NCBI GenBank assembly: GCA_964199315.1 | Contig: OZ116707.1 | Coordinates: forward strand, 17,360,001 to 17,424,000 | Origin: Orbicella franksi | Lineage: Eukaryota | Length of the DNA stretch: 64,000 nt | Direction of reading: 5' to 3' | Translations under genes and position numbers: made by a program | Shown here: positions 1 to 11,924 of the stretch, one piece after another | How the letters are laid out: every line of letters starts with the position of its first letter | Numbering within the stretch: the first letter of the stretch is position 1 | The notes under the pieces: generated by a model | The model's database searches: none | Told to the model about the DNA's origin: nothing | Seen by the model: only the letters and a program-made list of their open reading frames with translations

Positions 1-388
1 CCTTTGATAAAGCTGAAAGAGAAATATCTTGCACATCGCCTATGTCAGCGAGCACGGCCTGCAATTCTCTGCGCGATATATTGTACTCCCGCGCATTGTT
101 TTCAGTCTCTCGATTAGTTGAAGATCTCCCGCAGAAAGCTTGCTGCAAAAATCACCGCCCTTCGATAATGGAGTTAAAGTGCGTGTTGAACAAAAATTGG
201 TTCCAAATCTTTCTCACTGTGTTGGTTGCAACTCCTGTCACTTGTGCTATAGTGTTAAACGCACCCGGCAAAAAACAGTTCGCTGAATCGCCTCCATGCT
301 CCAAGCACTTTGATATTATCAGCCATTTCAGATTGTCGTGGCAGGATTTTCCCGAAGTGTAAGTCCGTCCTTTGTTGTTGACATTCAT
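1..388 (-). pseudogene. Decayed Tc1/IS630-like transposase, N-terminal paired-like HTH region, runs off the left edge
   Basis: ORF 152..388 (KGRTYTSGK...LIISKCLEHGG...IAQVTGVATNTVRKIWNQF) resembles the HTH N-terminus of IS630/Tc1-type transposases. It continues after frameshifts (KLSAGDLQLIERLK). No catalytic domain lies inside the window. Confidence 0.4.
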
Positions 389-857
389 CTGTCAACAGTT
401 GTCTCAAGTCCTTTCAAGGGATAGTACAAAAAAATTGAGAAAACAAATTTTCAATACGCTCTCACCCTAGAATGTCAAAAAAAAAAAAAAAAAACTCGAC
501 GCAACGTTTTCAAAACCTGTGTTTCACGTGCAGAAACATTAAGGCGGAGCTGTCAAAACTTAACATGTTCATGCTCTAAACGCAGAAAAAAGTTGGCCGT
601 TCACGGTAGCTCGAAAATGGTAGTAAGGCAATTATCAAATTTGCGCATTCCTACGTGCATATGCTTGTGTTGAGGGAGTCCTCACTTCCGTCATGCTTAT
701 GCTAATGCTTGTTTCTATGTCGTATAAAAAGTCCAAACTTCGACGATCAGCCTTAGTGGGTATTTCCTACGTAAGTGAGTATTTGCTTCCTCCGGACTTA
801 TTTCTTTGAATTAAGAAAGTCCAGAATGAGTAATAACATGTCAGGGCAATTAAATCC

Positions 858-879
858 CATAGCCAGAAATTCCATACAG
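858..879 (+). repeat. Left TIR of RAG1-like element
   Basis: 20/22 match to the reverse complement of 6075-6096. Confidence 0.7.
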
Positions 880-1547
880 CATGGCTGCCAAGCATGCGCA
901 GGGGGCACACATGTGGATTTAAATATGGCGGCCGAACATAGAGAGAGTGTGGAGAGTAATGTAAACTTTGCCAGTTTTTGCTAATGTTGCCTAAAACACA
1001 GCTTTCCCCAGCTTAAAAATGCGAAACACAATATATAAACAACAGTTTATTCGAACAAAATGCGATGATAAAATTGTTTTAGTCGGTGCCTTTTACTGGT
1101 ACGTAACCTCAGAAATAAGCGTACCTTTCTCCCATAAGTCTCTGTAAATGGTGGTTACCTTCATATTTTCTTAAGCTCTTGATGCAAAGATCGTCGTACC
1201 GACACATTTCCCCAGCATTGCATTCGAAAGATAAGATGAAAAGCTCGCCAATTAAGATATCTTCTCCCATATAAACAGCAGCTAAGGCAGTGCCATTTCA
1301 AGATAAAAAGTGCTATTTTCTGTAAATGTCATCAACGAAGTGAGAGCCATTACACTGAGGCAAGAATGGCCGTTGCTCCTGTCTGTTTTCGTTCTCTTCG
1401 ACAGCCATTTTGTTTTTCCTCGTTTCCTTGGTCAGTGGTGTTCCCTCTTGCAATAGGAAAGCCGCTGAACATGAGAACCGGCAGGATTTGGAAAAAAGCG
1501 GGAAGATTGCGGGAAAATCTTGGGAAAATAAAATATTTATAAATGCC

Positions 1548-4500
1548 ATGTCTGAACTACCACCAAATAAATCATTTCAACCTTGGAAAATCGATATTGT
1601 AGATAAATCTTTGCAATATGCAAGAAACATAGCAACAAGAAAGGTAGCCTTAACAATTTCTTTGGCATATTCAACCATTAAAGAGTGGTATTATCTTGTG
1701 AGGGAGCAAGAAAAGTTTCAAGCAGCGGGTCAAGATGCTAATTCCTCTCATCAAGAAGGTGAGTAATTTTGTCCTGATATTTACAACCTTGTAAACTTTT
1801 TGGTATATTTTCTTAACCTTCTCTGGTGATTCCTTGATAAGAAGGTAGGGGTGGTAGAGAGTGAAAGGGGAAGGGAATATCCATAAGATGAAAGATACAA
1901 AGTAACATAACATAAAAAATATATATATATAATCATCACCAACATTTCAGCTGCATAAAATGTACTTCACGAGGCCTTAACATGACCCTGATGAAGGCCA
2001 GTCTATCCAGCTAAAAAAAGGTGATGTAAGAGCAAAATACATCATTTTTGTCCTCGTTATTTTGTGATCTACCATACACTTTATTATCAACAGGATCTCC
2101 TTTTTTCAGTGGATACTTTTTTTGTGGGTTCAATTCTCACTCACCTTTAATTTTCTTTTAAATATATATTCAGTAAATATGATTATTTACAGTGTATAAA
2201 GCCAGGATTCTCTTCTATACTGTCCATTGATTGATTGATTTATGCCTGAGAGTATGTTTGTTTTTATTGATTATTTTTTTAAATTTTCTTTTAGAAACTA
2301 CAAACAACTCTGAGAATATCAACTTCCTCTGGAACTATAGAGGCCTCCAGGGAATTCTATATACCAAAAGCAATGGGAAGGCCAAGTTTTACTATGTCAA
2401 TGATGGAAGAAAGCTAATGTTTCCAGATTTAATTGATATGTGTACACCAGCACATGCATTTGTAATCAAAGATGACATGGGTACACGCCAAAATGTCCAT
2501 GAGCAGTTTGCAAAAAGAGCAGCAAATGTTCTATCACTGTATCGCACAAATAAAGGTAAGAGAAACTGGGAGCAATTGGATGAGAAAACATTGAAATTTC
2601 ATTTACATGAAGACCAATTAGCTTCTTTTCAAGAGGTTGAAGATGAGGTAGTTTCTCTACAAAATGATCTACAAGAATGGAAAGCAGCACATGCAAACCT
2701 GGAGGCAGAAAAAAAAAACCTTTTTGATGAAATGAAGGACACTATCAACAGAATGGGTAAGGAACTATGTCAACTTCAAAATACCAACAATCAACTTCAA
2801 GAGTATATCAAATGCCTTGAGAAAGATGAAGGGTTTTCCTACAATGGAAAAAAAATTTCTGAGACTAAGAACAGACAGCGCACATTGAAGGCTTTCCTGA
2901 CTAGAGCTGAAACAGCTTTGTGGTTTTCACAAGCATTTGGCCTTCATGTTGAATCACTTAGAGTTAAAGAGGCAGACACAGGGAAAACATACGAAGTAAA
3001 TGTTGAAACCAAAGCACAAAAATCAGGCGAATGTTCAAATCCTGTTACTAACATAAACGATTCCGACATGGAAAAAGTTGAACAAATTCTTTATCTTCTT
3101 GATAAATTCTGTGTCAGTGATGAATTTTACCAAGAATTTAGCATGATTGAAAATGGTCTTCCAAGATCTTATCTGATTAAACAATGCAGAAATGATCTGG
3201 ACAAACTTTGTCATGTGACACCTACTCCTGGAACAAATGAAGGTGCACAAGTATCATTTGAATCACTTCTCTTGCAGCAAATTTCAGCTTTTAAAAAGGA
3301 AAATCCAGAGTTTGATTTTGGCAATGAAACACTAAAAATAAAAATCAGTGGGGATGGAGCTAAAATGACACAGAAATCTAATTACATTCTTCTCTCTTGT
3401 GCACTACTCCAGAAACAAGACGAAGTTATGTCTGCCAAAGGAAATCATACCATTGCAGTAGTCAATGGTAGTGAAAAGTATGAAATACTACAGGTATCTT
3501 TCAAGACTACATTTTCAGAAATAAATTCTCTGATTGACAAAGGCACTATTAGTGTTGATGGTCAAGAAGTTAAGCTTGAGTTTTTCCTAGGAGGGGACTA
3601 TAAATTTGTACTGACAGTCATGGGACTTAAGGGGGCTACATCTTTATATGCCTGCCTATGGTGTAAAATCCATAAAGACAAAAGGTGGGAAACAGACAAG
3701 CATTTCCATCACTTTAATTCACCACCAATGATGAGAACACTATTGGAAATTAAGGAGCTGGTGAAGAAAGGAAAAGGTGATTACTGCTGTGTGAAGGAAC
3801 CACTTTTGAACATAGACCTTGACCATGTCATTGTAGATGAGTTACACCTGCTGCTACGTGTAATGGATGTGATGCTAGACAACATTATCACTGAAGTCAT
3901 TGACTGGGATAAGATTGAAGATTTCGAAAAATCATCCAAAGAGCCTCAAGGCATCCATTTGAAAAAGCTCGTGAGTGAGATCAGATCCTATGGTGTGGGT
4001 TTTGATGTTTGGGAACTCCGAAATCCAGCTGACAATAAAGGCACTGGAAAGTATGAATTTACAAGTCTGTTTGGAAACGACAAGAAGAAAATTCTCTCCT
4101 TGCTACCAGAAAATCTCTGTAAAGTGCTGCAGCCAAATACCTGCACTGAAATATCCAAGGTGTGGAGTGATTTCAGAAGTTTGTATGAAGACATAAATTC
4201 CTGGTCCTCAGACAAATCTGTTGACACTTTTTGGCACAAGGCACAAAACTGGTTGGAGACCTTTATTTCTCTCAGAGGAAAGAGAATTGGCTATGAAAGA
4301 AAGAGAATTACTCCATATATGCATGTACTTTTTGCTCATGTCCCTTATTTCCTCCATAAACATAAATCTCTAAAAGTATTCACTGGTCAAGGAGTTGAGA
4401 AAAACAATGACTCAGCAACGAATGTAGTGCTTCGAAAATCAAACCACTTTGACTCAGTTGGAGATATTCTTAGACTTGAAAACAGACAATGGCTTCTAAG

Positions 4501-4804
4501 AGAAAGAGAAAGAGCAAGCAGAAAGTACACAAAACACAATTCTCAATACTGGGAGCAAGAAATCAGTGTCAAGCGTGCGGGTAAAAAGAGACAACCTGAA
4601 GCAAACATATCCAACATGGAAAGCAACAACTCGCCAGACACATCTACATCACAAGTTCAGAATGAACAACCCCAAGCAAGAAATGGCACAGATCATGAAA
4701 GGCCGGGAAATAAAAGAAAAAGGCATATAGATGATGGGGGAAAAGGAAACAGAAAAGGGAAAGGAAAGGGTAAACAAACAAAACAGAAAAAAAAAAGAGT
4801 CTAG
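1548..4804 (+). CDS. RAG1-core-like (Transib-related) DDE transposase, two exons (1548-1758, 2295-4804)
   Basis: Motifs in RAG1 order: KISGDGA (D1), GGDYKF (D2), ACLWC (Zn), DELHLLLR, ITPYMHVLFAH (Zn), GQGVEKNN (E). A phase-1 intron (G|GTGAGT ... TTTTAG|AA) joins exon 1 in frame. N-terminal coiled coil and basic C-terminal tail. No stops in the long exon. Confidence 0.8.
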
Positions 4805-5013
4805 CCTGAGCAGCTACAAAGCATGCACATAAACAGAGGAATCTTCAAAATATAAACAAATATAAACAACAATTTCAAAGCCTTTATGTAACTTTCTGAC
4901 TTGACATAACAACATAATTTCTTAGAAGCAGGGTTATTAATGCGCTTAATAAGCAGGGTATTAGCTTGTACCTAAACCAATCTAAAAGCATGCATTCACA
5001 TTCTCAGTTTCAA

Positions 5014-6032
5014 TCACAATACTGCAATTGAGCGCTTGTTAAAACTTAAACTTACTTTTTCGAGATGGTATCTGGGCTTAGGTACAAGCTTCCCCTCCAC
5101 AAGTTTATGTGTCTGTGGTCCCAAGCTCACAAAAGGTTTTGCTCTAATTGGAAATATGACTTGTGTGCCATCTCCAAGGTTGTCTATGTAAGAGTCCCAG
5201 TCGGGACATTCTTTTAAAAAAGAACAGCGGTTAAAGTCAGTCTTCTCTAACAAAGTACAACCAGATTTTGTGCTGGGTCTTCCTCGTCCTCTAAAAATAT
5301 AATTAAAGACATCATGTCTAATTTCTACTACAGTTGTGGCTGAGGCTGTCTGATGTTTGCTCTTGAGATGCTGGAGAATAGCAACTGCCAGTAGATCAGA
5401 TCCCTCTTTAATTCTTTCCTCTGAGGGTTTGGACATTCTAAATGCCCCAAAGAAAATAGTTGGGATCCATTATTGTCTAAAATACATGCAATATTTTTGC
5501 AGAAAGTGAAACAATAACCAAATAAAAACACTAACAAAACTGCTTATAATGCGAAAGATGACATAAAATTGTTATCTTCTCTTCTCGTGTCCCAAACTAT
5601 TTCGTACTAGATCGAGGAGTAGTAAAAAATTAAGTTCGTACGTTTAATTTTGACTGGACAAAATAATGCTAAAAGAAGCACCTTATTGCGGTTTTATTAA
5701 GGTTTTCCTCCACTTCCCACGTGTCCTCCAGCGAACTGTACCCTTTCCAACGAATTAGGTACTCATTCTTAAAGACAAAATACATAGAACACTTGTTTAT
5801 GTGTGCGGTAAAAAGTGTACACAAGGTTATCAATTCATTAGTGACGTTACGTGCTTCAAACAAGCGTCTTATTTACCTTTCCTTTATTTCTCCTGCAGCT
5901 TAAAACTCTTTCCACTTGAAAGTAAGGGCCTTTTTTCCTTTTCCACCGACTCTCAATGAAATCTGCCGTATTGAGAGCATTTAAGCTCCGATAATAGCCT
6001 TGGGAATGCTTTCCTCTTCGTTTATCCGCCAT
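5014..6032 (-). CDS. Chromodomain protein with an unknown ~140-aa C-terminal domain, three exons (6032-5877, 5767-5682, 5437-5014), ~220 aa
   Basis: Splicing at GT-AG sites with matching phases gives MADKRRGKH...YFQVERVLSCRRNKGK|NEYLIRWKGYSSLEDTWEVEENLNKTAIR|MSKPSEER... This is a canonical chromodomain with F/W/Y cage residues. Confidence 0.75.
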
Positions 6033-6074
6033 CTTGAATGCAGAAATTTACGCGCCCGCCGTTCGAGCCGCTGA

Positions 6075-6096
6075 CTGTACGGGATTTCTGGCTATG
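6075..6096 (-). repeat. Right TIR of RAG1-like element
   Basis: 20/22 match to the reverse complement of 858-879. Confidence 0.7.
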
Positions 6097-6119
6097 CTTT
6101 GCAAATTTTCCGAGTGGAA

Positions 6120-7066
6120 AACGTGTTAAATTTTTGGGCATCTTCATTACATATGATGTAAAGATACCTGTTGAGAAAAACTTTAAATAAAGATTGAAGA
6201 AAATCGCAAATTTAATATTTGGAAGCCAAGAGGTCTATCCATTCATGGCAAAGTAAACATTATTAAAGCAATTCTTCTCCCCAAAATGATTTATCCTAGC
6301 TCTTTATTGAGTACGCCAGCCACGGTTTTAACAGAATTTAAGTGTTTGGTGTTTAATTTTCTGTGGAATGATAAAGATAAAGTCACCCGACGCTCAACGT
6401 GCGCGCCTTACGACTCTGGTGGTCTTAAAATGATTGACTATGAAACCATTGTACGAGCATTAAGATTACGTTGGTTGAAACGAATAGTGGATCATTGTAG
6501 AGTGTTATGGTTTTTGGAAGCAATTATCTTAATTATTTTTTAAGCAACAAGGGAGGGCTATTCTTCCTTGAATGCAATTATGACGTAAAGTAAACAAATA
6601 TCTTGCCAACCTTTTACCATGAACTCCTATCTTGGTGGGCTGAATTAAGAGAAACTGTTGACCCCGATAGGGGTCACGAATACATCTTATGGAATAATGA
6701 AGAAATTCTGATCGAGGGCAAAACTGTTTTCTACAGACATTACTTTGATACGGGTGTAATTATCACAAAGGACCTGCTTCATGACATGACAAATACTCAG
6801 TCATTTTGAGCAATGAAAGAGCAAGGTTTGACAAATTCAAATTTTTTGGTTTGGACTGGCCTGAGACAGTCTGTCCCATAGAAATTACGTGTTAATATAC
6901 ATAACTTCAGGACTGTCATTGACTTGGAAAATTGTTGATGTAAAAACTACTACTATCATCTGATAAAATTCAAATATGAAAAACCTAGGAAATGGGATAA
7001 GCTTGGTCAAGAATTTGATTTAAGAGATCAACTTTCAGAAGCATACCTATTACCTCTGAGGGTTGC
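6120..7066 (+). pseudogene. L1/Tx1-like LINE ORF2 fragment (post-RT region), decayed
   Basis: Translates to VKFLGIFIT...GLSIHGKVNIIKAILLPKMIY...FLWNDKDKV...GGLKMIDYE...RWLKR, then ILWNN and NFLVWTGLRQS, with many frameshifts. Related to 45690-46164. Confidence 0.75.
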
Positions 7067-7068
7067 AA

Positions 7069-7265
7069 CTAACCCCCTCCACATCGCCTTCAAGGCACTT
7101 TTATTCTTAGTCTCACTCTGTCGACTCTACTATTCCAAAAGTCGAGTCGTGCCGACTCGTAACGACTCGACACGACTTGACGACGTTTTACTACCCCCCT
7201 CCACGTCGCCTTCAAGGCACTTTTGTACTAAGTCTCGCTTTGACGACTCAACTACGTGTTGAGTC
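7069..7265 (+). repeat. Two ~122-bp tandem copies beginning CTA(A/C)CCCCCTCCAC(A/G)TCGCCTTCAAGGCACTTTT
   Basis: Direct copies at 7069 and 7191, rich in GTCGAGTC/GACTCGAC motifs. Confidence 0.6.
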
Positions 7266-7639
7266 GTGCCTACTCCTTTACTTCCTGTACTATTAGCAAC
7301 TTTGAATTTTCATCGCACGCGAATCAACAAATTGATTTGTCCTGGCGTAATTAACTTTTCCGTTGCACGCGTTGTTCAGGATTTTTTGCAGTTGCTCAAA
7401 TATTAAATCTGTAGATTTATCGTATAACATGTATCAAGATTTTATACTGAAGAGTTATTTGACCAGTTTGTTTCCTTTCAAAAGTGGTAGTCATTGTTAG
7501 AATGAAAGTGATCGTTTACATTTTCATTAGCTTTCTTGTTAATTGTAAATGATGACCGCCTAGCCGTAATTGTTTGAATGTCTAGGACATTCTAAAAAAG
7601 ATTGTTCTACGACGACAGTTAGTGGTGTTTATTTTGCGC

Positions 7640-8800
7640 GAGCTTGTTTTTTCCTAAAGCTCTTTGCACTTCAGTTTTGTTTACAACTAGGCTAACTTTG
7701 TCGGTTTTCTGAAAAAGAATGTTTACACATGAGCGTCGTTTTGTAACAATAAGTTGTTTATTAATTACGCGTAATAAGCGTTGGGGCCTTTGATTGACAT
7801 TCGAAAAACGTATTGACACGAGAACGGTTGGTACAAAAACAATTTTCAGCGCGTGCTTATCAAACTACATTTACAACTAGGCTGACTGTTTTTTTTTTCC
7901 CCTTTCAGTCCAGTGAAGCAAATGTTCAAAGAGATGGAGTTGGAGCAAACGCCATGCCAGGCGAAACAGACTCGCTCGCACAGGGTGCCGATCGTCAGGA
8001 GCAAGTAAGTTTACTTTATTCACTTCTCATTCAGCCAGAAAAAAAACTACTTTACGAGAACTTTTTCGGTTGTTTACGCAAAGCCGACAATTCGTTAACA
8101 CTTAATTTTTTTCTTTTGCGTAGAAGATTGCTTGACGAAAACAGTTTGTGATGTTTAAAAAAAAGAATCATATCACTACACCAGTTTTATCAATGATATG
8201 AGAACAAAAGCTTAAGCGACACAAAGCTTTTGGCGCATGCTAATCAAAGTACGTTTACAATTAGGCCAACTTTAGTCGGTTTTTTGTATAAGAGGTTTAA
8301 CACAAGCGTCAGTTTGTAAACAATAAGTTGTTTATGCGTAGGCGAGTGGGGCCCCTAGATAGTTTGACTGTCTCTAGCATACGAAAAAAATTTGAGTGTT
8401 TGACGAAAACAGTTTGCGAAGTTTACCTCGCGCTTGCTTTTTCAAAAGAAAAAAATTGCTTTATATCAGTTTTGCTTATAACACGAGAACGGTTGTTGCA
8501 ACACAATGTTTAGCGCGCGCTAATTAATTAAATTACATTTACAACTAGGCTGACTGTTTTTTTTCTTTCAGTCCAGTGAAGCAAATGTTCAAACAGATGG
8601 AGTTGGAGCAAACGCCATGCCAAGCGAAACAGACTCGCCCGCACAGGGTGCCGATCGTCAGGAGCAAGTAAGTTCACTTTATTCACTTCTCATTCAGCCA
8701 GAAAAAACTATTTTACGAGAACTTTTTCGGTTGTTTACGAAAAGGCGTCAATTTGTTAACATTTAATTTTTTTATGCGTAGGCGTGACGAAAACTGTTTG
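7640..8800 (+). repeat. Tandem duplication (~660-bp period) that includes a 96-bp phase-0 exon
   Basis: The exon TCCAGTGAAGCAAATGTTCAAA...CAGGAGCAA|GTAAGT occurs at ~7909 and ~8573 with shared intronic flanks. Further short repeats continue to ~9300. Confidence 0.7.
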
Positions 8801-10450
8801 TGAAGCCTGCTTTTTCCAGCAAAAGAAATTCACTTTATTCACTTAGAACTCGTTCCGACCAAAAAAACAACTTTTTAGCTTTTCTCAGTAAAATTTTCAT
8901 TAATTATGCGTAGGCGTGTGCAGCCCTTAATTATTTAATTGTCTGTGAGACGTAAATATTTATTAACATTTAATTTTTTATGCGTAGGCGTCACGCAAAC
9001 AGTTTGTGAAGCTTGCTTTTTCCAAAAAAAAAAAACTTTTTCGGTTTTCTCAGTAAAACTTTCATTGTTTATGCGTAGGCGTGTGGACACCTTAATTATT
9101 TAATTGTCTGTGAGACGCAAAAAGGTGATTGTTTTTCGAAGAGAGTTTGTGATGTTCACATTTCGCTTGCTTTTTCCAAGGAAAAAAATGTTTGCTTAAC
9201 ATAATCTTGCTTTTAGACGGGTGGGGTTCTTAATTTTGCAATTACCCGTAAATTGCAAAAAGAGATGATTGTTTGTGATGTTTACCTTTCGCTTGCTTTT
9301 TTTCCAGCCCTTCGAGGTAACTGACAACAATGACAGCTTACTTAATTTCGACACGTCTTGGGGACTGTTTGAGGAGACAACGAGCAGCAACATCGCTACT
9401 TTTATCTGTTATTACATTTTCTTAATTTTTTATGGTAGATATTTGTTTATAGATTTGATTTCTTGTAAAGCGCCAGTGAACCATTGGGAAATGGCGCTAT
9501 AAAACTTTTATTATTTTCATTATTGTGAGGGCGGACAGGTTACCTTGGATCTCAAAGGACAAGAAACTAACCAACTCCAAAGGCACGGAAGCGCGATGAA
9601 AGGGCTGATAATCTCAGCCAGGAAAATGAAGAAAACGTGATCTGTTAGGAGAGCTCGGCTGTTGATATTCATGAGCAGCCAAGAGCAGCCAAGACACTTG
9701 GCTGTAACTGGAAGAATGATCGATGAAAAATTGAGCCTTAGTCACATCTGGACAAACATGAAACAACTCCTAAACTCATAAACGAGCAGCAACATCGCTA
9801 CCGCAAGCCTTATCAGGTCTGTCCTTCGAGATCTGGAGCAACCATCCTGGAACGAGGTGTCCACTCCACGGTCCACTGAACGTGAAGAGCTGACCGCAAT
9901 CGCCAGAAGACAGGTACAGGTTTTGCTAAAACAGGAGGCAATGTCAAAGAAGCTGGACCACATCATCTCCCTACTTTCCGTGCCAGTGGCTAACCGACAG
10001 GCAGTTATCCATGTTACTCCTGCTGACAGACCACAAGCCGACCCTCCACCAATCCAAGAGCCAGTTCCATGTACCATGCCTCCTGCTTCCAGTCCTCTAG
10101 ATGAGTCACCAAACCCGCCAGAAAATACGTCAAACGAGCCCATTATACCTGCCTGCCAAGTGCCACACGAAGAGCTGTTCCAAATAAAAAAAATATGTCC
10201 AGATCAAGAGCGAACTTTGCAGTTCTTCTGTTAAAACGGTTATTCGATCCCAGTGAGCTAGAAGGCAGGAACATTGCAGGTGCTCGAGGTAAAGCACACA
10301 GTTAACCCTGCTAAAGTTAGCGAGATTAAGAGAATTGTTAGTAGTTTTTTTCCTTCGTCTGCATGCGATGAGTTATCCACATGGCGTGAATGTAGAAAGG
10401 ATATGGATGAATATCTTCGTCGACCAAGCTGCCGTAAGAGAACACAATAA
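7909..10450 (+). pseudogene. BEN-domain protein gene, spliced, disrupted by an insertion and frameshifts
   Basis: Exons SSEANVQ...QEQ | PFEVTDNN...EETTSSNIAT[insert]ASLIRSVLRD... lead to a Pro-rich linker. Then, across two frameshifts, SRSRANFAVLLLKRLFDPSELEGRNIAGARGK..VNPAKVSEIKRIVSSFFP...WRECRKDMDEYLRRP, the BEN consensus pattern. Confidence 0.65.
9400..9780 (+). other. ~380-bp insertion homologous to ~61240-61590, flanked by a 21-bp direct repeat
   Basis: AACGAGCAGCAACATCGCTAC occurs at 9379-9399 and 9781-9801. Removing the insert and one repeat copy restores the reading frame. Confidence 0.8.
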
Positions 10451-11815
10451 AAATTAGTTAGTAAGTTTCGATCATTTTGTAATAGCATATTGTTGAAAAT
10501 TAGTTAGTAACTTTTGATCATTTTGTAATAGCATATTGTTGAATAAATGGCACACTTTTCATTTGATTTGTTTTGGACTTCACTGACTTAATCGCCTTGT
10601 GTTTTTGAGTGCTAATTAGGTCGAAAGATTTTCATCCCTGGGTTGAGTCGGGTTGATAGATCGTAGATTAGGGTAGATTTTGGTCACGTGCTAGGCAACG
10701 ATGTTCAAGAAACAGATCGAATTTCATTTCAATCAGATCAAAACAATATGCTTTCAGATAGACAACATTCGCTTCTGAGCACGTAATATTTATGACGAAT
10801 CTTCTAAGGCTTTTTAAACTTAAAGAAGATAACTGATGTTTAAATATTAATTGAAAATCTCAAGCGAAATGATGTGTTTTGCTGTTATTTCGTGTCCGCA
10901 AGCCTCAGTTCGTCAGTCGCTGGCGCCCTTGTTGTTTCTCACGAAAAGAAAAGACACGACAGGAAAAGCTTTTGAACACCGGTAAACTCCGAACGCTTCG
11001 GAGTACGAAATATTTTTAATGAATCTTCGAATTGTTTTAAAGTGCAATGATTGCTGTAATTTAAAATTGAAAGCGAAGTTATGTGTTTATGTTCTGTTAT
11101 CTCAGTGAATCCTAGCACGCCCGTCAGTAGCTGGCGCCGCTTCTTGAAACTACATGTACAACAGAAAAAATACTTTTACTGTAAAACGGTAAGCCGGTCT
11201 AACCCTTTCATGCATCCTGTTGTTGTCCAACAACAAAACAAATAGTAAAAATAATAATGACGTCATAAATATTTCATCCCCGAACGGTGGTTCCTGGGGA
11301 AGAGCAATAGGATACACAGATAGGGGACTGGAGTTGAGAGAAGCCATGTTTGTTTCACTGCTTGCTACCGAGTGTTAACATCGGACTATGGACTTCTGAC
11401 GATCAAGGTATGTACAGAACATCTATTTTCGCTTTCTTAACATTTTGGAGCAACAAAAAATATTTTCAGCATTGAGGTGAACTCTTTTCAAAGTAAGGAA
11501 ACTAGTGTCCGGGTCAGCGCGGTCCCAAAGCTGACTGTGTCCCTTTAAGTTTTCGAATAAAAACGAATAGATTAGTTGTTAAATACTACTGAGTTGCAGC
11601 GTGGTCGAAATGACCTGTTGTTGCTGAACAACAACATGCACTCACGGGTAAAATTTCCCAATCATGCTAATATTCTTTTTGTAGTGTTTTTGTATTCTAA
11701 GCTTGCTTTTTTCAGAAGAAGGACCTCTATGATCATAGAAAACGCACTGCTTTACCACGTGGAAGCCATATTTAAGGACGATTTCGGTTTTGTTACTCTT
11801 TTACACAAGCTTGTC

Positions 11816-11924
11816 AGTAGTATAGCACAGCGGTATATACGAACTGACCAATGAGAGGACCCCATTCAATACACGTGACACATATCAACCAATCACAACA
11901 CTCGGATTTTACGTGACTTTTAAT
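11816..11924 (+). repeat. Polinton left TIR (truncated by the Kolobok-like insertion)
   Basis: Reverse complement of 41225-41333 with 2 substitutions and two 2-bp indels. Confidence 0.95.

Larger units (their letters stand above)
858..6096. mobile_element. TIR DNA transposon of the RAG1-core/Transib-like group carrying two convergent genes
   Basis: 22-bp inverted repeats: CATAGCCAGAAATTCCATACAG (858-879) and CTGTACGGGATTTCTGGCTATG (6075-6096), 2 mismatches. They bracket the transposase and a chromodomain gene. No TSD identified. Confidence 0.7.

Noticed and set aside
421-770. Repeat-like segment with ATGCTTATGCT motifs next to a poly-A run
   Set aside because: Probably a MITE or SINE fragment, but no ends or TSD could be defined from this window.
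775-1549. ORFs 775..984 (+) and 1313..1549 (-) as a third gene of the RAG1-like element
   Set aside because: They have plausible ATG contexts but early stops and no motif. A decayed gene cannot be excluded, but it cannot be supported.
2231-2294. Hydrophobic N-terminus (MIDLCLRVCLFLLIIF) of the 857-aa ORF as a signal peptide
   Set aside because: It is the translated polypyrimidine tract of an intron from a TTG start; the real exon begins after the AG at 2294.
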